Assembly (NCBI GenBank): GCA_964016885.1
Contig: OZ024755.1
Location: 19,592,001-19,656,000 of the forward strand
DNA length: 64,000 bases
Source of the DNA: Eledone cirrhosa
Lineage: Eukaryota
Direction of reading: 5' to 3'
Shown here: positions 1 through 12,942 of the stretch, piece after piece
How the letters are laid out: every line of letters begins with the position of its first letter
Numbering within the stretch: position 1 is the first letter of the stretch
Notes under the pieces: generated by a model
Told to the model about the DNA's origin: nothing
Databases searched by the model: none
The model's input: the letters and a program-made list of their open reading frames with translations, nothing else
Position numbers and translations under genes: made by a program

Positions 1-62
1 TGGTAGATTTTTGAGACTTATTTTAGGGGAAAAAGTAGCGTCTTCGACGCCGAGAAATACAG
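1..62. mobile_element. Probable right end of a Tc1/mariner (pogo-like) element
   Basis: Reverse complement reads TA-CTGTATTTCTCGGCGTCGAAGACGC, resembling pogo-type TIRs. The partner end lies outside the window. Confidence 0.4.
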
Positions 63-432
63 TATATACTTTTATTCCTATCCTGGGTTTCAGTGATTGG
101 ACTCTGGAGCATGACATTGAAGGGTTTAGAGAATCCTAATAGATATTTCAGTCTAATGCTTATTTTAATCGATTTATATGTTAACATTCTACGTTAAACA
201 GCATAAACAACACTAGTTTTAGATCGTTAAAAATATTAACACACACAAACATATATACAAATAAGTTGAAAATTCATACACACACACACAAGTTCCATTT
301 TTTAAGAGCGTTTCTCCTTTCCAGGCCCGAACACAGTCGATTTCTTCCAGAGAAAGTGAGAGAATAGGAAAGTAATAGAGAAAGAATCGACCCCAGTACC
401 AGACTGGTACTTTTTTTATTTGTATTACTTTA

Positions 433-620
433 GGTGGTTTAGCAGTATCGGTAGAGGGTCGGACGCCATGCTTTGCAGCATAGAGTTATGGCCCTTTGCG
501 TTCTGAGTTCAAATCCCGCTGAGTTTAACTTTGCCTTTCATCCTTACGGGGTTGATAAAATAAAGTACCAGTAATGCACTGGAATAATTGCTGGCCTTGT
601 GCAAAAAAATAGAAAATTAT
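433..620 (+). mobile_element. SINE family A
   Basis: Matches the consensus, including GAGTTCAAATCCCGC and GCCTTTCATCCTTACGGGG. Confidence 0.9.
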
Positions 621-768
621 TTTAACAAGAAATCTATTATTAGTTTTCTTAGCTTTAAGTTACCGATTTGACTTTCAAGATCTTTAACATATTCATATGG
701 GCAAACACATTAAATATACTCTTTTCGTCTTTCTTTACAACAAACGGAAGAATAAAAGAGAGAAACAC

Positions 769-829
<61 letters not shown>

Positions 830-1107
830 TGCAGAGAGAGAGAGAGAAAGAGAGAGAGAAAGTAAAATATCAATATGAAAATAAATTTCATGTCCAGGTG
901 TAAAAGGCTAGAAATATATTCTAGTACGTTTTGCTGGCGAATTGATGGCAACCTTAGAATAGTAGATGGAATCCCTTGCGGTATTTGATCTGCCCCGCTT
1001 ATGGTTTTTAAGTTCAAAGAGACAGCGAGTAATGAATGATACGTCCGGTTTTGAAATATCGATTCTTTAAATCCTGGATAACGGTATATAAACTATAAAC
1101 ATATTGA

Positions 1108-1348
1108 TTGACAAGATCCCAAACCTCATTCGCTTATCGAACTGGAGTGGAACTCGCCAAAACAATGTTTCCATTGGTCTTTCCAATTGCTGGTACTAGC
1201 TACCTGTCGCAACCCCTGGCAGAAAGAGCAACGTGAAATAAAGTATTGTTTTGCCCAAGGACATAACAAATCGCCCGGTCCGGGAATCGAACTCGCAACC
1301 TCACGATTCTGAACTCAACTATTTAACCATGAAGCCTCACGCTTTCAC
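1108..1348 (-). mobile_element. SINE family B; head plus flank duplicated at about 1447-1590
   Basis: GCCCAAGGACATAAC..CGGGAATCGAACTCGCAACCTCACG. Confidence 0.85.
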
Positions 1349-1975
1349 ATATAGAATTCATATAAGAATCAACCCGAATCCTACCAACAAATTCCATGTA
1401 GAAGACATGAATAACACAACCATGTGAATAACAGATCGATTCCCGGATCGGGAATCGAACTCGCAACCTCACGGTTGTGAAGTATTTAACCACGAAGCCT
1501 CGCGCCTTCACATGTAGAACTAATATAAGAACCAACCCGAATCCCACCAACAAATTACATGTAGAAGACATTAATAACACAACAATGTGAACGAGTGTTC
1601 TAATACGACAATGCTAATGGCAGTTTTAGCCACAATATCAAATTCGAAAAATCGTTAGCCATGTCATTAAATTAGCTTATGGTCACACCCGGTTTCTGGA
1701 AAATATTTAGCAATTTTAAGATTTGGGCGTAGTCAAAATGACATCATATTTTTCATTACTGATGTTTATCAGTGTTAATAGAGTAGTTCGAATCATAGAT
1801 ATATATATAACAGCAACACCACTAACATTGTCATCACCCCTATATGTCTTTGTGTTTGTGTGTCTGTGTTAGTGTTTGTGTGTCTGTGTTTGTGTGTCTG
1901 TGTTTGTGTTTGTGTGTTTGTGTGTTTGTGTGTTTGTGTTTGTGTGTGTGTGTGTTAGTGTTTGTGCTTGTTTGC

Positions 1976-2006
<31 letters not shown>

Positions 2007-2554
2007 TGTGTGTGTATGTTTGTGAGTGTGTGCGTTTCTCTCTCTCTGTTTATGCTTGTGTGTTTACATGTATCTACAAAGAAGTAGTCGATACAATACA
2101 GAGGCGGTTAGCTGTCCTCGAGAATATGAAACTAATCGTTTGCTGTGAGCAGACGACACTCCACCCAAACAACAACATTATATTAATCAATATGAAAGAT
2201 ATATACAAAGTTGACTGACAGCATCAATACAGCCATTATTAAATAATGATTAGTAATCTAGTGAATTATCTATTAGGCTATTACATTGTAACTTATATGA
2301 CTACACTCCCCATATTGGATTGAAATTCAGCGAACGACAAACATTATTGGCGTTATGTTACAATATCGATCGATCGAAATTATCGACAAGATCCCGGAGT
2401 TCATTTGTGAATGGAGGTTCTGGGGTCTTGTTGGTTTGTGCCATTTATTCCTATCTCTTTCAAATTACATTCTCTTTTTTTTAAAAAAAAAGGAAAGATA
2501 GAGAGAAGTGAGAAACGAACTCTGTACATGTAATAGTAGGGACTTAGGAGACTC

Positions 2555-3197
2555 AACCAACAAGATCCTAAACCTCATTCGCTTAGACTTGAGCGGAACT
2601 CGCCAAATTAGACCAAGGAAATAAAGGTTCCATGGTCTTTCCATTACTGATACTATCGGTCACAACTCCTGGCAGAATACATCGTATAGGCATGTAAAAC
2701 TCGTTAAATCGGACCAAGGAAACAATGTTTCCATTGGCCTTTCCTTTGTTGGTACTAGCTATTGTCACAATCCTGGCAGAATACATAGTATAGGCATGTA
2801 AAACTCGTTAAATCGGACCAAGGAAACAATGTTTCCATTGGCCTTTCCTTTGCTGGGACGAGCTATTGTCACAACTCCTGGCAGAATACATCGTATAGGC
2901 ATGTAAAACTCGTTAAATCGGACCAAGGAAACAATGTTTCCATTGGCCTTTACTTTGCTGGTACTAGCTATCGGTCACAACTCCTGGCAGAATACATCGT
3001 ATAGGCATGTAAAACTCGTCAAATCTGACCAAAGAGCTATTACCATTGCTGGTAATAGCTACTTGGCTGCAACTTCTGGCAGAAAGGAGCAACGTGAAAT
3101 AAAGTGTCTTGCTGTCTTGCTGAAGGACATAACACATCACCCGATCCGGGGAAACGAACTCGCAACTTCACGATTGCTAATCCAATTCTCTAACCAC
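2555..3197 (-). mobile_element. SINE family B with an internal ~105-bp tandem amplification
   Basis: GGACCAAGGAAACAATGTTTCCATTGG..GCATGTAAAACTCGTTAAATC is repeated about 4 times (2611-3030). Confidence 0.85.
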
Positions 3198-3232
3198 AAT
3201 ATTTTGGCGTTTAATATTAGCACCGGGCCAAG

Positions 3233-3395
3233 TGCGGTGGATTGGCAGTATCGGCAGAGGGTCGGACGTCATGCTTTGTAGCAAAGAGTTACGACCCTTT
3301 ATGATATGAGTTAAAATCCCGCCGAGGTTAACTTTGCCTTTCATCCTTACGAGGTCGATAAAATAAAGTACCAGTAATGCATTGGGGTAGATTTA
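3233..3395 (+). mobile_element. SINE family A; diverged minus-strand copy at about 3445-3590
   Basis: Consensus match. Confidence 0.85.
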
Positions 3396-3852
3396 AGGAG
3401 GAGGAGAGAATGAGGAGGAGAGGAGGAAAAGAGAAGAAAGCTGATTAAATCAAATCGTGTACATGACTAGTACTCTAATTTATCGACACCCGAAGGGTCG
3501 AAAGGTAAAGTTGGTTTCGGTGGAACCAGAACAAATACCACAGACGCATTTTATCCAAAGCTTTGCCAATTCTGACAAATCCACCATCCTTCACGTCACG
3601 ATGTATTATTACATTATTATTTTTATTAGACGAAGGTAGCCATTTTTGAACACCACAGCACATACAACTTTACGAAGGAACCTCTACGTGGTCGTTCGTA
3701 TGTTGATATCTTACGTGTTTATTCCTGTACTTTATTTTCATGAATAAATATATTTATTCTTCATTAAGTGTCGTTTGGGTTGGTAAACAGAACTAAAAAA
3801 TAAAATCAATATCTAACACACACACATATATACATCTCTCTCCCTCTCTCTC

Positions 3853-3916
<64 letters not shown>

Positions 3917-4423
3917 TATAACGCGTGAAACTAATTTATTGTTTCCTTGAACTTCCATCTCTTGTTCGTGTCGCCTTACCTTCTAACACTCGTTATTATA
4001 CACACACACACACATATATATATTATATATATATATTAGATATACATATATATATATATATTAGATATACATATATATATATATATTATATATACATATA
4101 TATATATATATATTATATATACATATATATATATATTATATATACATATATATATTATATATACATATATATATAACTGCAAACGTTTTTATATATATAT
4201 TACATATACATACGTATATGTATCTATAGGAATAGTAAAGGTAATGTAGAGGGATTGCAACAATGTAGAAAGCAATAAAATCTATGAGTGTTAAATAAAC
4301 AAATATTTTTCAATCTACAAGATGGAAGGTAAAAACGTTTGCAGTTATTGTGTACTTAGATCCAGATACACTGACACAAACAAACATATATATACCGATA
4401 TATACCGATATATACAAACAGAC

Positions 4424-5162
4424 AATATCGGCAGAGGGTCGGACACCATTCTTTGCAGCATAGAGTTACGGCCCCTTATGATCTGAGTTCAAATCCCGCC
4501 GAGGTTAACTTCGCCTTTCATCCTTACGAGGTCGATAAAATAAAGTACCAGTAATGCACTGGGTAATTGCTGGCCTTGTGCCAAATGTAGAAACATTTAC
4601 TAAGTGTGTATCTATGCTTTGCGGCATAGAGTTAGGGTCCTTTACGGTCTGAGTTCAAATCCCACCGAGGTTAACTTTGCCTTTCATCCTTACGGGGTCG
4701 ATAAAATAAAGTACCAGTAATGCACTGGGTAATTGCTGGCCTTGTGCCAAATGTAGAAACATTTACTAAGTGTGTATCTATGCTTTGCGGCATAGAGTTA
4801 GGGTCCTTTACGGTCTGAGTTCAAATCCCGCCGAGGTAACTTTGCCTTTCATCCTTACGGGGTCGATAAAATAAAGCACAAGTAATGCACTGGGGTCGAT
4901 TTAATCGACTTTCCCTTCCCCCCAAATTACTGACCTTGTGCCTATACTAGAGATCATTATTAAGTGTGTATGATGTGTTGGTACTATCGGAAGTATGTGT
5001 GACAACATGCTTTGCAGCATATAATTGCGGCCCTTTACGTCCTGAATTCAAATCCCGCCGAGGTTAGCTTTGCCTTTCATCCTTACGGGATCGATAAAAT
5101 AAAAATCGACTTGTCCCTCTCCCAAATTTGTTGGCCCTGTGTCTTAATCAGAAATCATTATT
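4424..5162 (+). mobile_element. Four head-to-tail SINE A copies
   Basis: Copies start near 4424, 4614, 4780 and 5007, with a 166-bp periodicity between the first three. Confidence 0.9.
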
Positions 5163-5232
5163 CTGTTTTTATAAACTAATTACTAGCAGGAAATATAACA
5201 TGTCACTAAAGGTAAATATTCTTATATGTTTA

Positions 5233-7108
5233 TGGACTGACCACATCGTGACTCAGTGACAACAGATGGACGATCAGTGGCAACAGATGGACGATCAGTG
5301 GCAACAGATGGACGATCAGTGATAACAGATGGACGATCAGTGATAACAGATGGACAATCAGTGACAACAGATGGACAATCAGTGACAACAGATGGCCAAT
5401 CAGTGACAACAGATGGCCAATCAGTGACAACAGATGGACGATCAGTGGCAACAGATGGGCGATCAGTGGCAACAGATGGACGATCAGTGGCAACAGATGG
5501 ACGATCAGTGGCAACAGATGGACGATCAGTGATAACAGATGGACGATCAGTGGCAACAGATGGACGATCAGTGGCAACAGATGGACGATCAGTGGCAACA
5601 GATGGACGATCAGTGGCAACAGATGGACGATCAGTGGCAACAGATGGACGATCAGTGGCAACAGATGGACGATCAGTGATAACAGATGGACAATCAGTGA
5701 CAACAGATGGACAATCAGTGACAACAGATGGCCAATCAGTGACAACAGATGGACGATAAGTGACAACAGATGGACGATCAGTGGCAACAGATGGGCGATC
5801 AGTGACAACAGATGGGCGATCAGTGACAACAGATGGACAATCAGTGACAACAGATGGCCAATCAGTGACAACAGATGGACGATCAGTGACAACAGATGGA
5901 CGATAAGTGACAACAGATGGACGATCAGTGGCAACAGATGGACGATCAGTGGCAACAGATGGACGATCAGTGGCAACAGATGGACGATCAGTGGCAACAG
6001 ATGGACGATCAGTGATAACAGATGGACAATCAGTGACAACAGATGGACAATCAGTGACAACAGATGGCCAATCAGTGACAACAGATGGCCAATCAGTGAC
6101 AACAGATGGACGATCAGTGACAACAGATGGACGATAAGTGACAACAGATGGACGATAAGTGACAACAGATGGACGATCAGTGGCAACAGATGGACGATCA
6201 GTGGCAACAGATGGACGATCAGTGGCAACAGATGGACGATCAGTGGCAACAGATGGACGATCAGTGATAACAGATGGACAATCAGTGACAACAGATGGAC
6301 AATCAGTGACAACAGATGGCCAATCAGTGACAACAGATGGACGATAAGTGACAACAGATGGACGATCAGTGGCAACAGATGGGCGATCAGTGACAACAGA
6401 TGGGCGATCAGTGACAACAGATGGACAATCAGTGACAACAGATGGCCAATCAGTGACAACAGATGGACGATCAGTGACAACAGATGGACGATAAGTGACA
6501 ACAGATGGCCAATCAGTGACAACAGATGGACGATAAGTGACAACAGATGGGCGATCAGTGACAACAGATGGGCGATCAGTGACAACAGATGGGCGATCAG
6601 TGGCAACAGATGGGCGATCAGTGGCAACAGATGGACGATCAGTGGCAACAGATGGACGATCAGTAGCAACAGATGGACGATCAGTGGCAACAGATGAACG
6701 ATCAGTGGCAACAGATGGGCGATCAGTGGCAACAGATGGACGATCAGTGACAACAGATGGACGATCAGTGGCAACAGATCGACGATCAGTCACAACAGAT
6801 GGACGATCAGTGGCAACAGATGGGCGATCAGTGGCAACAGATGGGCGATCAGTGACAACAGATGGGCGATCAGTGGCAACAGATGGACGATCAGTGGCAA
6901 CAGATGGACGATCAGAGTGACGGAGTGGACACCAAGAAAACGGACAAGATCAAAAGGACGTCCAAGTACAAGGTAGTGAGGTGACCTCACCAACCACCTG
7001 GGACTCTCATGGTCAAGACTAGCAAGGAACAGAAGTCTGTGGAAGGAGTCCAGGGAGGAGCCTCCTCCGTGAGTGATTTCAAGACCCTGGATCAAGACGA
7101 TCAAGATA
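5233..7108 (+). mobile_element. RTE-clade LINE 3' fragment interrupted by the minisatellite
   Basis: Collapsing the array gives WTDHIV..LSDNRWTIRVTEWTPRKRTRSKGRPSTR*..LGLSWSRLARNRSLWK, which matches the typical RTE ORF C-terminus. A short GATCAAGA tandem tail follows. Confidence 0.8.
5253..6915. repeat. 21-bp minisatellite, about 79 units (TCAGTGRCAACAGATGGACGA)
   Basis: Direct tandem array with variant units; a variant pattern recurs at a 588-bp (28-unit) offset. Confidence 0.98.
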
Positions 7109-7114
7109 TGTGTA

Positions 7115-7301
7115 CAGAGAGAAAGAGAGAGAGAGAGAGAGCAAGAGAGAGAGAGAAAGAGACAGAGAGAGAAAGAAAGAGACAGAGAGAGAAAGAAAGA
7201 GAGAGAGAGAAAGAGAGAGAGAGAAAGAGAGAGAGAGAAAGAGAGAAAGAGAGAGAGAGAAAGAGAAAGAGAGAAAAAGAGAGAAAGAGAGAAAGAGAGA
7301 G

Positions 7302-7332
<31 letters not shown>

Positions 7333-7337
7333 GAGAA

Positions 7338-7375
<38 letters not shown>
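7115..7375. repeat. (GA)n/(GAAA)n tract
   Basis: Direct reading of the sequence. Confidence 0.95.
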
Positions 7376-7378
<3 letters not shown>

Positions 7379-7840
7379 GTGTAGTTTGGAGATTTAACCA
7401 CTCCTTTGTAGAATATTTTGACAGTTCGTGTGTCAGACGGATAAAAATGATGTACAGTTATAATATAGATTTTAATCACGTTAATCAACAATGTCGGCTA
7501 TCTATATTAATTATTCTTATTGTAATCACATTAGTAAACAATGTCTGCCATTTTGATTATTCCTATTTTAATTACATTAACAAACAACGCCCGCTCTCTT
7601 AATTATTTATTTGAATCATATTAATAAACAATATACCATAACCGAAATAACAACAAAAGAACAACAAACTTTACCAATGTAGTTTTCCAGTGGGTGTCCA
7701 CAGCTTATCAGATCAGACGCTGCCCAACTGATGTGAACGAACAAATATTTCCATTGCGGTTTTAGCTGTACGACGACAAGATATATATCTTGTTCTCTCA
7801 CACACACAAACATAATCACACACAAACAAAGACATATATA

Positions 7841-7943
7841 CAGGGTGTCCCCCTCCAAAAATGTATACACACTTTGATTGCATGTACAGGCAATATTTAT
7901 AAGAATGCTTTTGAAGCATGTATACATTTTGGGGGACACCCTG
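7841..7943. mobile_element. Tc1/mariner MITE (103 bp)
   Basis: TA-CAGGGTGTCCCCC..AAAATGTATACA...TGTATACATTTTGGGGGACACCCTG-TA. Confidence 0.9.
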
Positions 7944-8194
7944 TACATATATATATATATACACATACAGTATATATTAAAATTTCATACACTTAGTATG
8001 TATGTGTGACCTGAGATTTCGGGGTCCAGTTATGGTCACCACTGTATAACAGAGGAGCCATTTCAATACTGGCTTCACTCGTCAAACGTAAGGAGAACAT
8101 TGTACTAGATTGAGCATTGTTTTCCTTGCGAAGTTTAACATTTGAAATGTGTGCGACTCAACGCAAACATGGCCATAATAGTCGATCACTATAA

Positions 8195-8305
8195 TAATTG
8201 TTTCTACTTTTGGCACAAGGCCAGCAAATTACCCAGTGCATTACTGGTACTTTATTTTATCGACCCCGTAAGGATGAAAGGCAAAGTTAACCTCGGCGGG
8301 ATTTG
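8195..8305 (-). mobile_element. SINE family A 3' part
   Basis: Reverse-complement consensus match. Confidence 0.85.
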
Positions 8306-8479
8306 AGAAAATTGGGCAAAATAACTCCTGGAGTAGGGGAAGAAAAAGAATACAGATGCACCTCCGAGGAATGGAACAGCACACGTCTTGTATGAATTTA
8401 AAGAAGTGTTTGGTCGTAAGAAACTTACCAAATCTTTGGCAAAATCCACTGCTGGATGACGTTCATCATTGGTTTAGAC

Positions 8480-9244
8480 TAGTATTTCTCAACCTTTTTG
8501 ACCCTTGTGTAATCCTAGAAATAGTTTTCAGAACCCCTGCATAAAAATTACTATATATCTGTTGAGCATTGCTACGAGCACGTAAAGCGAACTGTTAACG
8601 GAAGGGCCATTACTGTAGACTGGTTATTGAATTGGTCGGCAGTGAAGGCACTTCCGGTGAGGCGGGTAACTCGCTGCTTCTTACATTTGTAAATGTTTGT
8701 CATGCATTAAACAACAGTTCAATTCACTGTTTGTTGTTATTTTGCGTATAACTTAACTATATCATTATTACGGTAGAGTGTCGGACGCCATGCTTTCCAG
8801 CATAGTTACGTCCCTTTACGATCTGAGTTCAAATCCCGCCGAGGTTAACTTTGCCTTTCATCCTTACGAGGTCGATAAAATTAAGTACCAGTAATGCACT
8901 GAGGTCGATTTAATCGACCCCCCCCCCCCCCCAAAAAAAAAATTGCTGGCCTTGTGCTTATAGTAGAAATCATCATTAACATCTATCCATTTATATTTTT
9001 ATCTTAGTTCATGTGGTAACGGCGGTTAACAACCTAGTTTTAAATAACATAAGAGATCGAAGCCTTTATTATAACAACCAAGGATATTTCAACAATATGC
9101 CGTACGCTTGTAGTAAAATTACGAATACAAAATTCAACAAAAATTACTCAAAGCATTAGCTTATTTATCACTGTTTCTCTCAGAACCCATAGCGACCTCT
9201 TGTGGAACTCTAGAGTTCCAGGGAACACTGGTTGAGAAATACTG
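8480..9244. mobile_element. hAT (Charlie-like) non-autonomous element with a nested SINE A at about 8770-8978
   Basis: TIRs TAGTATTTCTCAACC / GGTTGAGAAATACTG, and an 8-bp TSD GTTTAGAC (8472-8479) / GTGTAGAC (9245-9252). Confidence 0.85.
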
Positions 9245-9649
9245 GTGTAGACTACACAGAAGAATAGCAGTGACTTACTTTAAACTTTTTTTTTTTTTTT
9301 CTTTTCAATGCAGCAAGCGGTATTACAGGAGAAATAAGCTGGATGCAATCAATCCAGAGATTTTTAATTTTCTACGAATTCCCTTTGAACGTAGAGAAAC
9401 TTTAATCAGTATAAACTTCATTCTAAATTATATTTTACTGAATGTAATTTACAAAATAGAACAGCTCTCATAAAATTGCTCTGATTAGAACTACCACTTA
9501 GTTACACTTCTGTTGTATCACCAAAAAGCGAATAACGCCTGTTAATTCTTTTCAGATCGTTTTTTTTTTTAGGTCAAAGACTAGAACAGTAAGAACAGTA
9601 ATCTTTTCTTTGGTGGAGAGGATCAAGGACTACAAGGCAAAGGAAGAAA

Positions 9650-9745
9650 GAAAGAGGGAAGGGAAAGGGTGATAGACTCTACACCTAGGTCAGTGTGTTG
9701 TTTCGGCTGCGCACTGTGGACAAAACAGCAAAGGCATTTCCGCGG
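9650..9745. repeat. Unclassified dispersed repeat with a second copy at about 31438-31530
   Basis: GGAAAGGGTGA..GACTCT..ACCTAGGTC..TGTTTC.GCTGC.C.CT..GGACA is shared by both. Confidence 0.6.
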
Positions 9746-9905
9746 ACAATGGTCAGCGACACTCGCTGCAACAGTCATCACGTACCCATCCCCCTTTCTT
9801 CCTTTGTCTAGAAGTCCTTTTTTCCTCTCATTTATGGCATTTATAGTCCTTCCCAATGCTGCCTTATATGTTTAACCAATTTATAGTTATTTCAACAAAA
9901 AATTA

Positions 9906-9952
<47 letters not shown>

Positions 9953-9958
<6 letters not shown>

Positions 9959-10092
9959 AAGAGGGTATGGTAAGATACCAGGTGGACCATAACGCACCAG
10001 AGTACTCAATACTTAGGGTAATAGAATGGGTAATAGGAAAAGATTCGAAACGGCCGGCGCTCAGCCGTCGGGGTCCTGACTCTTTTCCTATT
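9953..10092. mobile_element. Family C copy with an internal inversion, between (TA)n tracts
   Basis: The inverted tail (about 9953-10043) is joined to forward GAAACGGCCGGCGCTCAGCCGTCGGGGTCCTGACTCTTTTCCTAT. Confidence 0.8.
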
Positions 10093-10819
10093 ATATATAT
10101 ATATATATAATTCATGTAATCTTTTCTTAAAAAGCCAGAATAGGAAAAATATCAGCGTCTCAATCAACAGAGGTAGTCAATGCTATCTTACATCCAGTTT
10201 CTTCACTAAGAAAAGAAGAGCCATTCCTTGAGGGAAGAAACCTTTGGAATCTTCAGATCTCTAAGAGATAAAAAAAAAATGGGAATATGAAATATGATTA
10301 TAATCAATGAAATATCCAAGGTTACACATTGCTCTTTCATGCAGATTTCTTCCAAATTATACTGGATCTAGAAGAAGTTAGTAAAATACAACTACAGCCG
10401 ATAAAACATGGATACCAACATGAGTATTGATTTTTTGTTTTTCACAATTAGGCAAGAGGTCGATTTTTGCTGGGGGATAGATGCTGTGATTCTATGACGA
10501 AGGAAAAGCAAAGTCGATTTTGGCAGGATTTATTATCGTATCTGAACAGATAAAAACGAAATCATTGCTTACATTGGCATCCAATCCTACATTAGGAGAG
10601 AGGACATTTAGTTAATTGAATAAAGAAGATACGTACCAGCTTCGTACTTATCGAGAGAAGGCGTATCAATATTAATTATCTATCGATATTGGATAATAGT
10701 GATAGAGAATTATTTATGACTTTTTAGTTAAGTATCAAGCAGAATGTTATTTTTGATGCGTACATCAGAACATAATATATCAGAAAAAAGAATTTATCTA
10801 TTGCAATATTTATGTAAAT

Positions 10820-11036
10820 GAGGGCAGTGGATTGGCAGGATCGGTAGAGCGTCGGACACCATGCTTTGCAGCATAGAGTTATGCCGCTTTATGATCTGAA
10901 TTCAAATCCGGTCGAGGTTAACTTTGCCTTTCATCCTTACGGGGTCGATAAAATAAAGCACCAGTAATGCACTGGGGTCGATTTAATCGACTTTCCTCTC
11001 CCCCCAAATTGCTGGCCTTGTGCCTATAGTAGAAAT
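10820..11036 (+). mobile_element. tRNA-derived SINE family A, full-length long form
   Basis: A-box-like TGGCAGGATCGG and B-box-like TTCAAATCC. The central GCCTTTCATCCTTACGGGGTCGATAAAATAAAG resembles the Meta/MESC SINE domain as I recall it. 16-bp TSD CAATATTTAYGTAAAT at 10804-10819 and 11037-11052. Confidence 0.92.
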
Positions 11037-11123
11037 CAATATTTACGTAAATTGATTTTACATAGAAAAATCCAAAATATTTTGGCAAAAAAAAAAAAAA
11101 ATAAGCGACCCACTTGTATATAA

Positions 11124-11376
11124 GTGGGTAACTGATAGTATATGTGTGACTATAAAGGTGGGTAACTGATAGTATATGTGTGACTATAAAGGTGGCTAAC
11201 TGATAGTATATGTGTGACTATAAAGGTGGCTAACTGATAGTATATGTGTGACTATAAAGGTGGGTAACTGATAGTATATGTGTGACTATAAAGGTGGGTA
11301 ACTGATAGTATATGTGTGACTATAAAGGTGGGTAACTGATAGTATATGTGTGACTATAAAGGTGGGTAACTGATAG
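11124..11376. repeat. 34-bp minisatellite, about 7.5 copies, running into a SINE head
   Basis: GGTGGGTAACTGATAGTATATGTGTGACTATAAA at 11157, 11191, 11225, 11259, 11293, 11327 and (partial) 11361. Confidence 0.95.
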
Positions 11377-11517
11377 TCGTTAGAGCGTCGGATAAAATGC
11401 TTTGCGGTATTCGTTCCGACTCTCTGCTCTCGGAGTTCAAATCCCACCGAGGTCAACTTAGCCTTTCATCCATTTGAGGTCGATAAAAAAAGAATCTGTT
11501 TAGTACTGAGGTCGATT
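11361..11517 (+). mobile_element. SINE family A, older variant
   Basis: GAGTTCAAATCCCACCGAGGTCAACTTAGCCTTTCATCC. Confidence 0.8.
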
Positions 11518-12027
11518 CTTCTTCTATATCTCTTTCTCACCCTCACTCTCTATCTAACCTTCTCTGGAAGAAGTCTGGTGTACTCTGCCAGGTTAGAATA
11601 ATGCCCTAAGAAACGCCGCATATCAATAAAGCGTTCCTACGACTCTCGAGAGTTACGGGGTCCATACTATACCATGTGTGAATATATATTTCCAGTGTGC
11701 CATTCCTTTTGTGATTTGTAAGATATTTTTGCTACTATTTTAAGCAGATTAGAGGACTTTTCGTTGTCCAGTTTCTCCGCAGATGTAATATTTAGTAAAT
11801 TTGTTTAGGACCAGATCAGCTCCAAATGGAGCTTGCGAATGATGGAAGATGTTCCATTCATGATTCATGCCAACCGCATATTTTTCTAATGTACAGTGAA
11901 GACAGGATAACAGTATGGAATATATTTTTCTTTAAGACAGTGAAATGTGATTTAAAGAAATCCATACAGATGGATGATTAAACACATTCTCAGTTACGGC
12001 AGAGATTGTTGGATAGATAATTATGTA

Positions 12028-12068
<41 letters not shown>

Positions 12069-12109
12069 AAGAACACAAGAGCGTCTACAACATCAAAATA
12101 TTTTTATTG

Positions 12110-12154
12110 GCTTACAATGTTTCTTACTTACGTAACCGTAGGATTCGTCAGAGC
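12110..12154 (-). ncRNA. Partly decayed hammerhead motif
   Basis: Minus strand reads GCT-CTGACGA-ATCC-TACG-GTTA-CGTA-AGTAA-GAAA-CATTG-TA-AGC. The core is intact but the stems are short. It lies between (TA)n tracts. Confidence 0.55.
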
Positions 12155-12308
12155 TATAAAAGGGGTTTGATTGGTGTTATGGACTCTACCAACCAAACAT
12201 TCAAGAACAAAGAGTAAAGTATATATAGAAGAGCTTCTACAGGATTAGAACTGTTTAATTCGTGAGAAATCATCACACATATACATATATATATATATAT
12301 ATATATAA

Positions 12309-12488
12309 AGGAAAAGAGTCAGGACCCCGACGGCTGAACTAGATCCGAACGTTCGGATCCAGCTGTCAAAACGGCCGGAGCTCAGCCGTCGGGGTCCTGA
12401 CTCTTTTCCTATTACCCACTCTACTACCCTAAGTATTGAGTACTCTGGTGGGTTATGGTCCACATGGTACCTTACCACACCCTCTTTG

Positions 12489-12490
<2 letters not shown>
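12309..12490 (+). mobile_element. Family C fold-back copy between (TA)n tracts
   Basis: Inverted repeat AGGAAAAGAGTCAGGACCCCGACGGCTGA...TCAGCCGTCGGGGTCCTGACTCTTTTCCT, followed by the family tail. Confidence 0.85.
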
Positions 12491-12558
<68 letters not shown>

Positions 12559-12899
12559 TGTATATATATAGCAGTAAGAAAGCTTTTTGTTTTTGTTTCG
12601 GTCTTAACAAAAGTTTTTAGTTTATGATAATAATGTGAAATGTCTGAAAGAGAAACGAAATGAATTGGAATGTAGACAAATGAAATAGAAAGAGTACTTA
12701 GTGCCATTCAGTTTCAGACACGAATGAGAATATATTTAATAAGGACGAACAGATTTTTTAGAGGAGACTACAACTGTATTGATTTGGTGATCATTCCAGG
12801 AATTAGTTTTGTAAGTGGAAAAAAATTGCAGACACATATATATCATGTCATATTTGTCTATATATATAATATAATTTCTCGCTCTCTCTGTCTGTCTGC

Positions 12900-12942
<43 letters not shown>

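Noticed and set aside
5222-6793. 523-aa and 514-aa ORFs of heptad repeats
   Set aside because: They are translations of a 21-bp minisatellite that is open in several frames and derived from a LINE fragment; there is no gene context.
5253-6915. CRISPR-like appearance of the regular arrays (also 33040-43270 and 11124-11376)
   Set aside because: The units are contiguous with no unique spacers, there are no cas genes, and the context is eukaryotic.
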